Assembly (NCBI RefSeq): GCF_964188315.1
Contig: NC_135655.1
Location: forward strand, 74,338,001-74,402,000
DNA length: 64,000 nt
Direction of reading: 5' to 3'
Origin: Podarcis muralis
Lineage: Eukaryota
A program made the translations under genes and the position numbers. Numbering within the stretch: the stretch's first letter is position 1; each line of letters starts with the position of its first letter. Below the pieces are notes generated by a model. The model was not told where the DNA came from, did not search any database, and was given only the letters and a program-made list of their open reading frames with translations. This document shows positions 10,701 through 22,194 of this stretch, in pieces.

Positions 10701-12403
10701 CTTTAAGTAGCCTGTCCTGAAGCCATGCAGAGCTTTAAAAGTTCCAGAAGCAGATTGGGAGCCAGTGTAGCAGACCCTCCAAGTGTCCCTATTTTCCAGG
10801 GACAGTTCCAGATTTACAGCGGCCGTCCTGGTTTCTGACTTGATCCCAGAATGTCCCACTTTTCCTTAGCAAGTCCCTATTTTCATTGGAGAAATGTTGG
10901 AGGGTATGGAGTTATGCAACCCCTGAGCCTAAAAGATAAGTCACTATGCAACCTTTAGAAGACATCTGAAGGAAGCCCTGTATAGGGAAGTTTTAAAAAA
11001 AAATGTTTAATGTTTTATTATGTGTTTATATATGTTGCAAGCCACCCAATGTGGCTGGGGCAACACAGTCAGATGAATGGGGTATAAAATTATTATTATG
11101 GAATAGGACGTCCCTATTTTCATTGGAGAAATGTTGGAAGGTATGGTGCAGATAATGATGATGATGATAATATTAATAATTTTTATTTTTATTTTGTACC
11201 CCATCCATCTGACTGGGTTGCCCCAATCACTCTGGGCGGCTTCCAAATCATGGAGCATTGGTGTAATACGATCATATTTACCGCTCTCCAGTAATAACCT
11301 AGCTGCCCTGTTTTGACCAAGTGAAGTTTCCAAACCATTTCCTAAAGCAACTTCATGTGTATAATGCATTGCAGTAATTCAACTACCAGGTTACCAGAGT
11401 GTGGATAACAGCAGCAAGGCTCATATCTGTACGGTTAGTAGAAGTGAGGAGGGTGTATTAGAGGCATGATGGGTCATGACTGGCAGAGGCCTGAGAGAGG
11501 ACGGATGAATTTACACAGGCATGTTCATTACCTGATGACTACGGATGATGTGTCTGACAGTTTTCCTATCACCTGGCACTATCTCAAACCTGATTCTTTT
11601 CAATGGAGGCGATGAATATGTTCAACTGCAAGTCATCCAACAGCACATATTCACCTGTCAGTTGACTCTTTGAAATGCCACAGTTCCCCCACCCAATTCA
11701 AAGGACTGAAGTGGCCAGGAAGGCGATTCTTTTGATGGGGCTTTGCTACATTGATCTATCTTTACAAAGCAATCTTCTCTGGTTTCTGTACTTTGATCTA
11801 GTGAATGCTAAAGTCAGACAGACGACGTACACTTTAAAACTCTTCTCCCATGCCCTGATGAAATGATCACATATACAGTGACTTCTTTAAAAACTTGCCG
11901 TTTTTATAATCACTCCTCGAATGTTGTCACTTGGATAAAGTAAGATAAAGCCATGTGGTTTACATTACACTTTTTAAAAAAATAAAAAACAAGGTCCCAA
12001 GAATCCTATTGCCCCCCTCTGATTAGAATTGTTTGGTTTATAATTTACTGTTCTGTGGAATAATATAATGCTTCCCTCTTTTGTCTGCTGTATTTTACAG
12101 GGCCCACTGAAAGCATTTGCTTTGCATCTTGGGAAGATGCGCCAAAAATTTGGCAAAGAGGACTCTCCCATCCGCATTTACTTGGTAACTGCCCGCAGTG
12201 GCCGTGACATGGGCATCCGGGCCATAAAAACGCTTCGGGAATGGGGCCTGGCAATTGATGAGGCCTTCTTCATGGATGGAGCACCTAAAGGCCCCATACT
12301 CTCCAAGATTCAGCCCCACATCTTCTTTGACGATGGTCTTCACAATATCCAGGGTGCCCAGGATGTTGGCATACCCTCTGCCCTGGTTCCTTGTGACTGC
12401 TGA
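874..12403 (+). CDS. NT5C1A-like: Span of multi-exon CDS, cytosolic 5'-nucleotidase 1 family (NT5C1A-like paralog). Five exons in window join to 903 nt (300 aa + stop); first exon not found
   Basis: Exons 874-1041, 5590-5719, 9428-9550, 10310-10488 and 12101-12403 have canonical AG/GT sites and compatible phases (0,0,1,1,0), giving one open frame. It carries cN-I family motifs AVTTRAIF, FDGDAVLFSDE (HAD DxD), YLVTARS, GAPKGP and PHIFFDD. Confidence 0.9.
1270..1620 (+). mobile_element. Sauria SINE (Squam1-type), full length
   Basis: tRNA-like head GGGTGGCGCTGTGG...GGTTCGAATCC, ACCTTT tail, TSD TAAAGATGTTTT (1258-1269 / 1621-1632). Confidence 0.9.
1677..1760. repeat. Compound (TG)n(TA)n microsatellite at the left Penelope junction
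   Basis: Directly visible. Confidence 0.95.
1814..1853 (-). ncRNA. Mirror copy of the hammerhead ribozyme motif
   Basis: Exact reverse complement of 5101-5140. Confidence 0.75.
1833..3478 (-). CDS. Penelope RT-GIY-YIG ORF, left arm (5'-truncated; starts at IPPEYILD)
   Basis: ORF track 1833..3527. The first ~17 residues are the reverse complement of the other arm and are not genuine. Confidence 0.88.
3616..5121 (+). CDS. Penelope RT-GIY-YIG ORF, right arm (5'-truncated) with 185-aa low-complexity C-terminal extension
   Basis: YVDD at 3679-3690 and GVY at 4258-4266; translation matches the left arm from MEHFETN to QPEDDE. Confidence 0.9.
   Translation: MEHFETNALDKSEHKPKLWLRYVDDTFVIWPHGKEKLDSFLTHLNSLHPKIQFTMEIEANNQLPFLDVLIYKKPDGSLGHTIYRKKTHTNRYLHAQSHHHPAQINSVAKTLISRTKRLADKDHLTTELQNLSNVLIANGYQQNRVTKLIQKETPPKNQDTEENNGMALLPYIKGTTDKISKILHKHNIKTAFCANQKIANILRNPKDKIQLENQGVYEIPCKVCPATYIGQTNRRINARIAEHKNAVKKEEKTSSLFQHMKETGHEINFADSKLLSNMEHHHKRIIMEAIEIEKHPHNMNKRDDTSRLPDIWKLALPTKTDTRSRGTQNAITNQPHQTQTQTLSTDKLQTPSSSQTMVAPPDAAPPCNPYTDLAGTGHKTTARPYTRSQARAQLNAVQPSSQKNSSQSSRGQDTKALATNPHLMTHLSGTQDITQEITQDIPQAIKEQKKKRHTSLGTSSLPRTLEAIHHTSSTVFIGTQTLRSCSVPVTRSRKHQPEDDE
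5101..5140 (+). ncRNA. Minimal type I hammerhead ribozyme motif of the Penelope pLTR
   Basis: CUGAAGA (5105-5111), U, stem II GACGAG/CUCGUC with loop UGAGAC, GAAA (5131-5134), palindromic ACGU helix III, predicted GUC cleavage after 5138. Confidence 0.75.
5590..5719 (+). CDS. NT5C1A-like: NT5C1A-like coding exon (130 nt): AAQFVNKKLLERDPEEKELFDVIVLSNNSPESGVRVINSAKQH
   Basis: ccccag|GCA acceptor and CATG|gtaggt donor; resembles cN-IA [20 protein letters not shown]. Confidence 0.9.
6353..6488. mobile_element. hAT-type palindromic MITE (136 bp)
   Basis: TIRs CAGGCCTCCCCAACCT / AGGTTGGGGATGTCTG; 8-bp TSD ACCTAACA (6345-6352 / 6489-6496). Confidence 0.85.
6693..6917. mobile_element. Tc1/mariner (pogo/Tigger-like) MITE
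   Basis: TIR CAGTGGTACCTCGGGTTA, TA TSD, internal AACCTGAAGCG repeats. Confidence 0.88.
9428..9550 (+). CDS. NT5C1A-like: NT5C1A-like coding exon (123 nt): GLEISKFCFVSDEDSTQYLKTHNVKLFLSADMTDVCNALQR
   Basis: taaag|GTCTG acceptor and AGAG|gtttgt donor; resembles cN-IA ERFCMTGG...YLKAYHTNLYLSAD. Confidence 0.85.
10310..10488 (+). CDS. NT5C1A-like: NT5C1A-like coding exon (179 nt) with catalytic motif: GVSAALIFQQEIQAPSTQLHVVFDGDAVLFSDETERVFREKGLEGAVAYEKKMESVPMGE
   Basis: catacag|GAG acceptor and GAG|gtgagg donor; FDGDAVLFSDE motif. Translated by hand, as it is not in the ORF track. Confidence 0.9.
10955..11430. mobile_element. L2 LINE fragments (3' tail on +, C-terminal ORF2 and tail on -) with small DNA-element remnants between them
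   Basis: Minus-strand peptide QNRAARLLLESGKYDRITPML is L2-like; (TTA)n tail. Confidence 0.65.
12101..12403 (+). CDS. NT5C1A-like: NT5C1A-like last coding exon: GPLKAFALHLGKM...YLVTARSGRDMGIRAIKTLREWGL...PHIFFDDGLHNIQGAQDVGIPSALVPCDC*
   Basis: tattttacag|GGC acceptor; in frame with ORF 12068-12403; strong cN-I C-terminal motifs. Confidence 0.92.
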   Translation, partial: GPLKAFALHLGKMRQKFGKEDSPIRIYLVTARSGRDMGIRAIKTLREWGLAIDEAFFMDGAPKGPILSKIQPHIFFDDGLHNIQGAQDVGIPSALVPCDC

Positions 12404-12807
12404 CAGGGACCACATCATGGCCGCAATATTGTGGTGATTGAACAAATTGAAGGATGGCTGGGCAAAGCTTCAGACTGACAGGACAAAGTTGAAACGGCAT
12501 TGACTGCATTTAGGGACCAAGGGAACAAAACTGCTGCATGAAGATACAGTGTCGGCTGCTTTGCTGCGATATATTCTGAACAAATCCAAATATATGGACC
12601 CATTTAACTTGTGCAGCAGAAAGCTCATAAAGGAACAATGACTGAAGTATAACTAATTGACTTGATAGCTAAATGGTGACTAGAAAAAAAGCAGAGTGAT
12701 TGCTGGGGGTTTTTTTTAGCCTTTTTTATTGCACTAAAATGCATTTTCATTTACCGGTATTAGCTGTTGCTCTAATATTTTATATATATGTATGCAAAAA
12801 GAGCAGA

Positions 12808-12843
12808 AATAAAAATAGTGGGTTTTTAAAAATACAAAATAAA
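12808..12843 (+). terminator. Candidate polyadenylation signals (AATAAA at 12808 and 12838) for the nucleotidase gene
   Basis: Two AATAAA hexamers ~400 nt after the stop codon in AT-rich sequence; no transcript evidence. Confidence 0.35.
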
Positions 12844-13683
12844 ATGGCACTGATCAGAAATATAATGGTGAAGTTGTCCTAAGGTATAAATGCAGGAGAT
12901 AAGCTAATTTCCCCAGAATTTCACTGAACTCATCATTGATTCATTTTATTTGTATGCCACTTTTCCACAAAAAAAAATGCTCAAAGTGGCTTGCAACAAA
13001 GAAACAAGGACACATTTCAAACAAACACCACAAAAACAAATTTATAATAACACAGCAAAACAATAATAACTACCATCGGAACCACACCTCTGAGAAAGGA
13101 GGGGAGGGTGGCTCTAAGGTAGTCCATGCTTGTGGTGATTGTTGCACTCTTTCCCAAAATGTTGAATTTTCTGCTTCCACTCATGCAATAGGACCTCCCC
13201 CTCGCCTCTCCCCAAGATCCAGAAGGTTCCTCAAACACCTGGAGCAGATTTTCTGGGTGCACAGAGGTGGAAGCGACAAGGCAGTCCCACACTACCGTCC
13301 CAATGAAAATCCACCCACCCCAAAAAGCACCTGCTATTTATCCTGGGAAGAACGTTTCTGTTAGTGCACATGGAAATAGATTTTTAAAAATAAATAAATT
13401 AGTATTATTAAGGGCCTAGAAAGCTCAATAACATGCAATGGTAAAAATCCTCCAATGCAGCTTTAATGGGGGGAAAGAAGTTGTTTGCTCCTAGGGACAA
13501 ATAAAATATTAGCAAGTATTACATTAAGTTTATTATTACAGCCTGGAAGGAACTACAAACAGAAGCATCAAAGGTTCATCATGAGAGAGTGTGTACATGA
13601 GTGCCTTTTTCAGCCACGTCCAGAATTCTGCTGAGGTCAGTGGAGTGTTGACTTTAAGTGGGGCCACTGATGCCCTGTTAGAA

Positions 13684-13825
13684 TTGTTGTTGTTGTTTAG
13701 TCATTTAGTCATGTCCGACTCTTCGTGGACCAGAGCATGCCAGGCACTCCTGTCTTCAACTGCCTCTCGCAGTTTGGTCAAACTCATGCTGGTAACTTCG
13801 AGAACACTGTCCAACCATCTCGTCC
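13684..13825 (-). mobile_element. RTE-BovB 3' fragment
   Basis: (CAA)n tail and similarity to the BovB end at 22080-22194. Confidence 0.8.
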
Positions 13826-13909
13826 AATACAGAATCTAAAACTGGCCAATCTGTTTATACCACACGGGGGCAGCACAGAGCTCTCTACCAAAGCTGGCAT
13901 GGTTTAGCC

Positions 13910-14340
13910 CAGAGGTTTTCAACATTTTTGAGCCCAGGCTCCCTTGACCAATTACATTCTTTCTGCGGCACCCCTGTGGGGCTCAGGAGCCCAGTTATGT
14001 CACCCCTCGCCTGCAGAGCTGGCAGCCTCTTATGCTTTTTCTAATATCCTCCTTTGTAGAGTGTTCCCTCAGCCTCCTCTCATCTCTCCTTGGGAGTCCT
14101 CTAGGCAGCTGCTGCCATCATCCCTGGTCTCTAAGCTGCCCCCCTCCCCATCCCAAAGAGAGGTGTTGCCTGCTTATAGCCAGGGCTGCTGCAATAAGCA
14201 GCTGTGCAAGCCTTTGGGAGGCGGAGGCACCAGAGGAGGGAGGGAAGGAAAGAGGGACAGAGGCCATTGTTGCCTGCAGCACCCCAGACTATCGTTCAGT
14301 GCACCCCAGGGTGTCACGACACACTGGTTGAAAACCACTG
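13910..14340. mobile_element. Non-autonomous hAT element (431 bp)
   Basis: TIR CAGAGGTTTTCAAC / GTTGAAAACCACTG; 8-bp TSD GTTTAGCC (13902-13909 / 14341-14348). Confidence 0.85.
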
Positions 14341-14574
14341 GTTTAGCCTATCCCTGCTCTTTCTAGTACAGCCAAGATTATTCTTTGCTTGCTTGCTTGT
14401 GAATATAACATTCCTTTCCACCCTCTGACCTCAAAACAACGTGTCAATGTCTGTGATAGGTCTCTTTTAAAAAAATACCCTGTATGGAATCCCTGTCAGG
14501 GCTGTATAGTATATTTTTTAGCATTTGCAAGTTTGACTACTTTTTAGACTTTCCACTCGCTCACACACAAAAGA

Positions 14575-14765
14575 ACAAAGAACACAGAAAACTAGCTTAT
14601 ACCCAGCACCAGACCATTGGCCCAACCCACAGGGTATTGTCGACAGTGATTCTCAGCAGCTATCCAGAGTTTCAGACAGGAGTCTTTCTCAGCCCAGCCT
14701 TAAGATGCAGGAAATTGAACCCAGGACTTTTTGCATAGAAACCATGTGCTCTACCACTGAGTTGG
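14575..14765 (-). mobile_element. tRNA-derived SINE (Squam2-like)
   Basis: Reverse complement of a tRNA head (CTCAGTGGTAGAGCA...GGTTCAATTTCC); similar to the copy at 55530-55710. Confidence 0.65.
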
Positions 14766-15229
14766 GCACCTGCAAACTGGATGGTGCAGCACTTTAGAAG
14801 GCAGGTGGGGCGACTGCATGCTTGAATCCTATTCATTCTGCGTGAATGAAGCTAACACACCAGGGAGGAATCTTGGCGAAAGCAGTTTTCCTTGGCATCA
14901 TCAAGGTTTTGTTTTGTTTTGTTTTTGGTTTCCTGTCAGGAAGCAGTCAAACAGGTTTCAGCTTAATATTCTTATCAGCTTTAGCCGACCTGAGTTATTT
15001 CTCGATTAGCCAGCAGAAATAAGAGTTTGCATTTGGCTGCGGCGCACTATTTTGTTCAAATTAGGTCCCCGCCACTTGCTGCACACCCATCACATTTATA
15101 TCAGCTGAATCCTTGTTGCCATGCTGCATAGAGCTTGGGACCAGGACACCTGAAAGATTGCCTCACCCCTTATAAACCCAACCATCATTGTGCTCTGCAA
15201 ATGAGGGCTTCCTGCATATACCATCTTAT

Positions 15230-15670
15230 AGGACCCTCGTACCTACGGGACCGCCTCTCCTAGTATGTCCCACGGAGGACCTTACGGTCTTCAAACAAAA
15301 ACACCTTGAAGGTCCTGGGCCACAGAGTGGTTAGGCTGGCCTCAACCAGAGCCAGAGCTTTCTTGGCTGTGGCTCCGATCTGGTGGAACACTCTGTCACA
15401 AGAGACTAGGCTCGTGCAGGACTTGACATCTTTCCACAGGGCCTGCAAGACAAAGCTGTTCCACCAGGCCTTTGGCCAAGGCACAGCCTGACTCCCTCCT
15501 TTGGTAATCCTCACAGAACTCTAGCCCAATGGTTGTCATTAATTTGATTTTGAATTGATTTTAGAATGCATTTCAATTAACTGATTGTGATTTTATATAA
15601 ACTGTGTTATTTTATTGTTGTTAGCCGCTCTGAGCCCGGCTTCGGCTGGGGAGGGCTAGATATAAATAAA

Positions 15671-15715
<45 letters not shown>
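15230..15715 (+). mobile_element. L2 LINE 3' end with (TTA)n tail
   Basis: Peptide RAFLAVAPIWWNTL...FHRACKTKLFHQAF is L2 ORF2 C-terminus-like; (ATT)n tail. Confidence 0.8.
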
Positions 15716-15717
<2 letters not shown>

Positions 15718-18485
15718 GAGGCCCCTTTTGCACAATGCACGGTAGGGGTTTTTATTGTGGTGGCAGTTAAGTAGCCATAGAAAACATTGCAGACTGGGTG
15801 GGTTAGAAAACAAGGTGTAACATCACAGTCCTTTCCTTTAATGTAGAACCATTTGCAACTATGGTGATTCATGAATTTGACACACACATAATTTGCAAGG
15901 AGGAAGCTAACCTGAGACCATCCCGTCGTAGATACACCAACACTGCCAATTCAATGGCTCTGCTCTGGATCTGGGAGAGAATCCACTGCAGGAAACAAGC
16001 CGTACCGCATAGCGACATCAAATGAACTCTCTTAATTAAGACCTATTCCCTTGGCTTTCCTGACAGTCATGTTAAAGGCTGACTCAGTCAAATATCTGAA
16101 CGAAAGGGGATTAAGCAATGCCAAAAAAAAGTGGTGTAGAAATGAAAGACTTGCAGGTGGGAAGGACATGATGAGATTATCCAGATGCATGGTGGGAAGA
16201 GGGAAACAACAACCCACAGGCCTAGGGTGTCTCTGTCACCTGGACAAACAGGAATGCTCAAGTGTGTAATTGCTGAGGAAATAATGAGCCGTCTCTGTGC
16301 CATCAAGTTCCATCAGCATATAAGGTAATCACACACTATGCAAAATATGCCTAAAGAGAGAAAGGGAAGGGTTTGTCTCGTTCTTACCAGTAATTCCAAA
16401 TTATTATTAATTACGTTTATAGCTTGCTCTTCCACCAAACAGCTCCAGCTGGTAAATATACAGCTCTTCTCTCACAGAATTGCCTAAGAATAAAGGTAGG
16501 TAAGTTACACTGGTAGCACCTGTGCCTTTCTCAAGGTCACCTTGGGAGCTGAATAAGCAAGTAGAGATGTGAGTCTAGACCTCTCCAGCTCTATTCAGGG
16601 CAGTATTTGGGCTTCTGGCTTCCTCTTCCAGATTTCCCCAGATATTTTTTTTACAGAGCACTGTCCTCAACCATCTTCCCTCCCCCCCCCCCCAATGTGA
16701 CTCAGCTCTGCAGTTTCCTCTCGGGCTCAAGCGAAATTATCTTTCTGTAAGTGCTGTTGTTTGAACAAGCAGCCACATGAGGTGAATTTTTGCGCTTCAT
16801 CAATGGATGGCAAAGCGGGCCTTTGGACCGCCGAGGTTACTAGCCACTAGTAATGAACCGAAAGGGTTGTAATACACTTTGAAAGGAAACAGCGAGCTTT
16901 CTGGCTAAAGCTGTTTTGTGATGCAGCTGAGGCCTTATTATCCAGCTGCCTGACAAGCCCTGGGAAGCTGACCAAGACCAAAGTAGCACTGAACTGTTTC
17001 CAAGTACAAGGATAGATCCCCAGCAGATGTCACCGGCGTAGCTTGACTGGACTTGCTGAAGCTGTGGGTTTGATGTACACCAGCTGGGCACCTTGCCCTG
17101 AGGAGAACGCAGAAAAGCCAGCGTTACTGAATAGGTTTATGAAGTCATTAAAGACTGGAATAGAGTCCTTTTCATTATGTCAGTCAAGTGGCCACTCGGA
17201 GCACGATTGCCCTGCATCTCCCGATTTTTGTCAACCATTTTGGCATTTCCCTTCCATTATTGACAAGTGTCCAAGGGTGTGGGGTTGTTTTTTTAAGGCA
17301 GACTTGGAAAGAAGTCCACAAAAGTTACTAACACGGCTTTAAAAAACAAAAACAAAAAAACTTGCCTACTGTGGGCTGGCGAAGAAAGAATGGTGAGCTC
17401 CGTGACTTGGTGCAAAGAAAGAGGATTCCCTCCTCTGGCGGCTCTCTTGGTTGCCATGCTGGGCAAAGAGGGGGAACAGAGTGATCCCTCCCCTGGCAGC
17501 ATCCATGCCCACCTGCACAGAATCCCTTATCACCTATGGCTACCAGCCAGGTGCCTAAATTAAGGACAGTTGTAACAAGTATGGTCCATTGCCTCACCGC
17601 AAGTGAACCTGGCATTCTTCCTAGGGCAGAATCAAAGGCTCGGATCTTTCCACCATACAGCAGCTTATTACACTCACAAGCAGATGGCAAGATCCACATA
17701 GCTGCCACATTGGAGCCGTGCTCCCAGTATAGTCTCGCCATTAGTTCCTTGCTCTGCTTACATTGTCTACAAGCTGACATTTTCTCTCCTTAAAGTTTTG
17801 TACTGGGGAGGATTAAGTCCCCCTACAAGATTGAATCTCCTTATCGTCAAAAGCTTAGGAAGGTCCTGAAAATGATGGATGGAAAGCTCCAGTAAAATGT
17901 TCACTGTGTTGTGCTGTGGCTTCCTTCCTGAGCTGAATCAGATGCCGTTTTAAAACCCAGACTTTTGAGCTTTAGACCATTTAAAAATTAAATAAATCCA
18001 TAAAAGCCCATGACATTTATTTTATTTTTTTCCAAAGTTGTACAATTAAAGTCAGTGGGTTGCATCCAATCCACTTGCCCTGTTCAGGCAAGGACTTCTG
18101 CAGCAGAACTTCCTCTCTCTCTTCCCTTGCCTACCCTCACAATCTGCTCTAGAGCGTTTCCAGAATGGATTTTGGAGGGGTATGTTGGGGAAAGAGGGCG
18201 GGAGTAGAGTTTTGCTGCACAAGTAGAAGTCCTTGCATGAATGGGATGGCTTCATTGCATATAACTCAGAGGATGTTGCTTTAGACAAAATATTTGAAAG
18301 TGTGGGGCCTTAATATTAATTTTGCATAATTTCATAACATCAATCCTTTTCCAATTCAGTACTGTATTACCAATTTCATGATTTCTTGATCTTGTAATAC
18401 TTGCTGTTTTTTCATTCATGTAGCCCAGCACACAACAGACTGTTAGTAACACTCCCTTGCTACTTAGAATTCTTTTAACTGGGGG

Positions 18486-19178
18486 TGTGATGAACAGACC
18501 CTGGGTCAGCCTCCTGGAGAGCCAGTGTGGTGTAGTGGTTAAGAGCGGTAGTCTCGTAATCTGGGGAACCGGGTTCGCGCCTCCGCTCCTCCACATGCAG
18601 CTGCTGGGTGACCTTGGGCCAGTCACACTTCTCTGAAGTCTCTCAGCCCCACTCACCTCACAGAGTGTTTGTTGTGGGGGAGGAAGGGAAAGGAGAATGT
18701 TAGCTGCTTTGAGACTCCTTAAAGGGAGTGAAATGTGGGATATCAAATCCAAACTCTTCTTCTTCTTCTTCTTGGTGACCCAGTAACCAATCAGAGCTGG
18801 GTGGAGTGTTATCCAATCAGGAGAGAGAGAGAAATATTAAAAAGTTAGAAACTGGCAGTCAAACTGTGTGATGGGGCTTGTTTGTCAGTGAGTGTTAGTT
18901 AGGGCTTAAAAAGTACCTAGATAAGAATCTATTTAGAGCCTGGTTAGGGACGAATTAGTGGTTAGCTAGGCAAGGCAACCCAGATTGTTTCCCTGAGGGG
19001 AAGGCAAAGATCCTAGAAGGGGCTGGGAGTGATTTACTGGTAGTGTAAGACCAATAGTCATTCTAGGAGACAGTGAAGAACTTTGTTAACTTCTCAACCT
19101 ATCTCTACAAAGAGTGTTTGTTTCACACAAATTCTTCTCCAGGTTAAACACACCCACTTCTTTTACCTGTTTCTCACA
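18486..19178 (+). mobile_element. Possible LTR (TGTGA...TCACA) interrupted by a SINE
   Basis: TG...CA termini and two CCAAT boxes; no TSD found. Confidence 0.35.
18516..18773 (+). mobile_element. tRNA-derived SINE (Squam3-like) with (CTT)n tail
   Basis: GAGAGCCAGTGTGGTGTAGTGG A-box head, GGTTCG B-box, (CTT)n end. Confidence 0.8.
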
Positions 19179-21692
19179 GGACTTGCTTTCCAAAACCCTT
19201 TGTCATTCTTGTTGCCTTCCTCACGAGTAAGAACAGTTTGTCTGTGTCCTCCTTAAAATGTCGAGCACTGGACAGGGCACCCCCCAAATGCATGCAACTT
19301 TCATAGTATGTTTTGGATTTAGGTCTGGGGTTAGGTCTGTCTGTCTGTCTATTGGGCAGCAGGATAGGAATCACGAAGAAACGCCAGGACTGTGGAAAAG
19401 CTAATGCCAAAGAAGGATTGTTGCCTTTCCAGAAACACAAACGGAAAGAAAAAAAATCCCTGCAGTGCTGTGGGGGCTTGGCGATGCACCAAGTATTTTT
19501 ATGGTCAATGATAGCAATGTTGTCCAAAATATGTTTGCTTTATTAACTTTTGGCAGAAACTTGCGACTATTTTGAAAACTGGCAGGGTGGGAGATGAGAA
19601 TGACAGTGTGTGTGCGTGTGCCAGGGATGGAACGGATGGGAAGATGTGTTTTTCATGCATGCAAGAGCTTTCTCCCTTTCTTCAGGAACAAGAGAGGATT
19701 CCCCCAATATATTTTTTTAAAGTCCTCCTTAGTCCCTGTGATTCCCACTCTTCTTACTGGGACAATGTCACAGTGGTGTCAGGGTGCAGGTAAGTTTTAC
19801 TACATATTATACCATTTCCAGCAACAATCGAATGTAATTCTGCCATGTAAAAAGAGCAGTGTTGAAAATGGGCAAGAAAGGACAGGTACAGAGTATGGCA
19901 AAATCTGGCATCCTGGAAAACACTGTTGCAGTTCCGGTGAAACTTGTTTTGTTCCTTACTAACTTATCCCATTGATTCCCAGCTTTTCATCAATGAGCAG
20001 CTTGCCTACGGCTTCCAGGCAGTCTCTCCCATTCACGCCAAACCTGTTCTGTAGAACTGTGTCATGTGCCTAAAGGCCATTTTCTGGTCCACATCATTCT
20101 TTGATGGCAATCCCCATCAAAGAAGCAGTGGGTGCTTATATGTGTGTGGACATGTATGCTCATGTGTAGTTGAGAACGGAGCAGCATGGCAGGGTGGTTC
20201 CTGGTGACAAACTCAGAAATGGAGGAGGCAGGAATAGTTACACAATGGAATTTATTCAGCGGAGAAGAAAACCGAGGTGGTGTGAGCTGGAATGAAGAAA
20301 GCTCAGTTGAGAATGAAGCAGTCACACAGATATTCAACAGATGATTATCCTAACATGAAATGGTAATTTGCACATGCAAATAGGTCATCAGAGATCTAGT
20401 GCATAGACAGAAATTGTATTATTTCCTCAAACACAATATTTTTCAGTCAATTCATAAGAGCATCAGGGTGCTGCCGTTATCACACAGGATACGTCTGGTT
20501 CAGTATTGTCTCTCCAACAATTTCTAGCAAAATATCTCTGGTGTGAAGGCTACAGCTGCCTCCTATAGGGAAGGCGCATAGCTCAGTGGTAGAGCACATG
20601 CATTATATGCAGTAGCTGGGGCTGATGGGAGTTGGGAGTCCAACAACTTCTGAAAAATCACAAGTTCCCCACTCCTGGCCTAAAGCATACTTTATAGATA
20701 AGGTCAAGGGCAATTCCCTGGTCTCTCTTCTCTGCCCACACACCTCCCCGAATTTCCCATGGAAAGTGAAAGCACAGAAGGCTACATTAGGACAACTTGG
20801 GAGTAAGGTATCAAGGCTGGACCACAGGCAGCAGTCTGAAGCAAGCCAGGGGCCACAGGACAAGGCAGTAGTCAGGACTGAAGGAGAAGTCAAGACCAAA
20901 GGGCAAATCAGAGCCAAATGTTGTGGCCCTGGTCTCTCACAAACTGGCCTGCACCTACCATTAATTATCTTCATAACAATAACAACAACAACAACAACTT
21001 TAAGTCATCTTTCCAGTACTCTCTTTACAACAGTGTGGAGTGAACTCTATTGTGCCTTCTGGTAGCCTGAGATAAGAGAAGTCTGGCATTTTCCCATATT
21101 TCACACCAGAGAATAAACCCAAAGAGAAGACCGGGTCAAGCAGCACACAGGAATGCAAGGCCAAAGAACAACCAGAGACACAGGAATGCATCACAGCATT
21201 GCTCAAGCCAAGCAGAGCTGCAACAGGAAGCCCTTTATCATCCTTCCTGCCTGGGAGGAGCCAAGGGCCAGCCTGGGTTGGTGGAAGTGGTCCAAGGACA
21301 GAAGGTTCTTCATCAAGAAGGTTGCCAGCTGCAGTTCAGTAGTTCACCACATGGGGCAGCTGCATTCAGATCCAGCAGCTCCTGACACTAGGGCTATGTA
21401 TTTAGCTCTGATGCTGTTTGGGGAAGTAGTGTACACATGACATAAACTACAATCCATTTCTATCCTGCACCCTGCCTTGCTGGCCTTTTCCCATCTGGCC
21501 TGGGAGAGTGGAGTGCTGACTGACTCCAGCTACAAAAACTGAGGCTGTTGAACAGATTATTGGGCTGGAGTATTGTTTGAGCTTGTTGCTGTTATTGATA
21601 TTATTGTTGTATCTTTAGTCTTAGATCTTATGATTTACGTGGAAATTGTCTCCATTTGGTTGTGTGTGTTTTGATGTGTTTTATTATTGTTT

Positions 21693-22194
21693 GCAATGAC
21701 AAACCTAGACAGCATCTTAAAAAGTAGAGACATCACCTTGCCAACAAAGGTCCGTATAGTAAAAGCTATGGTTTTCCCAGTAGTGATGTATGGAAGTGAA
21801 AGCTGGACCATAAAGGCTGATCGCCAAAGAATTGATGCTTTTGAATTATGGTGCTGGAGGAGACTCTGGAGAGTCCCATGGACTTCAAGAAGATCAAACC
21901 TATCCATTCTTAAGGAAATCAGCCCTGAGTGCTCACTGGAAGGACAGATTGTGAAGCTGAGGCTCCAATACTTTGGCCACCTCATGAGAAGAGAAGACTC
22001 CCTGGAAAAGACCCTGATGTTGGGAAAGATGGAGGGCACAAGGAGAAGGGGACGACAGAGGACGAGATGGTTGGATAGTGTTTTTGAAGCTACTAACATG
22101 AGTTTGACCAAACTGTGGGAGGCAGTGGAAGACAGGAGTGCCTGGCGTCCATGGGGTCACGAAGAGTCGGATGCGACTAAACAACTAAACAACA
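21693..22194 (+). mobile_element. RTE-BovB LINE 3' fragment (~500 bp)
   Basis: ORF MTNLDSILKSRDITLPTKVRIVKAMVFPVVMYGSESW...FGHLMRREDSLEKTLMLG; CAA-type tail. Confidence 0.92.

Noticed and set aside
12401-12478. TGA-CAG stop context followed by 24 open codons (possible readthrough)
   Set aside because: Context is not the strong UGA-CUAG type, and the extension does not resemble cN-I tails
20568-20615. tRNA-like sequences (also at 18516, 25456, 27258 and 55530)
   Set aside because: SINE heads with A/B boxes but no complete cloverleaf
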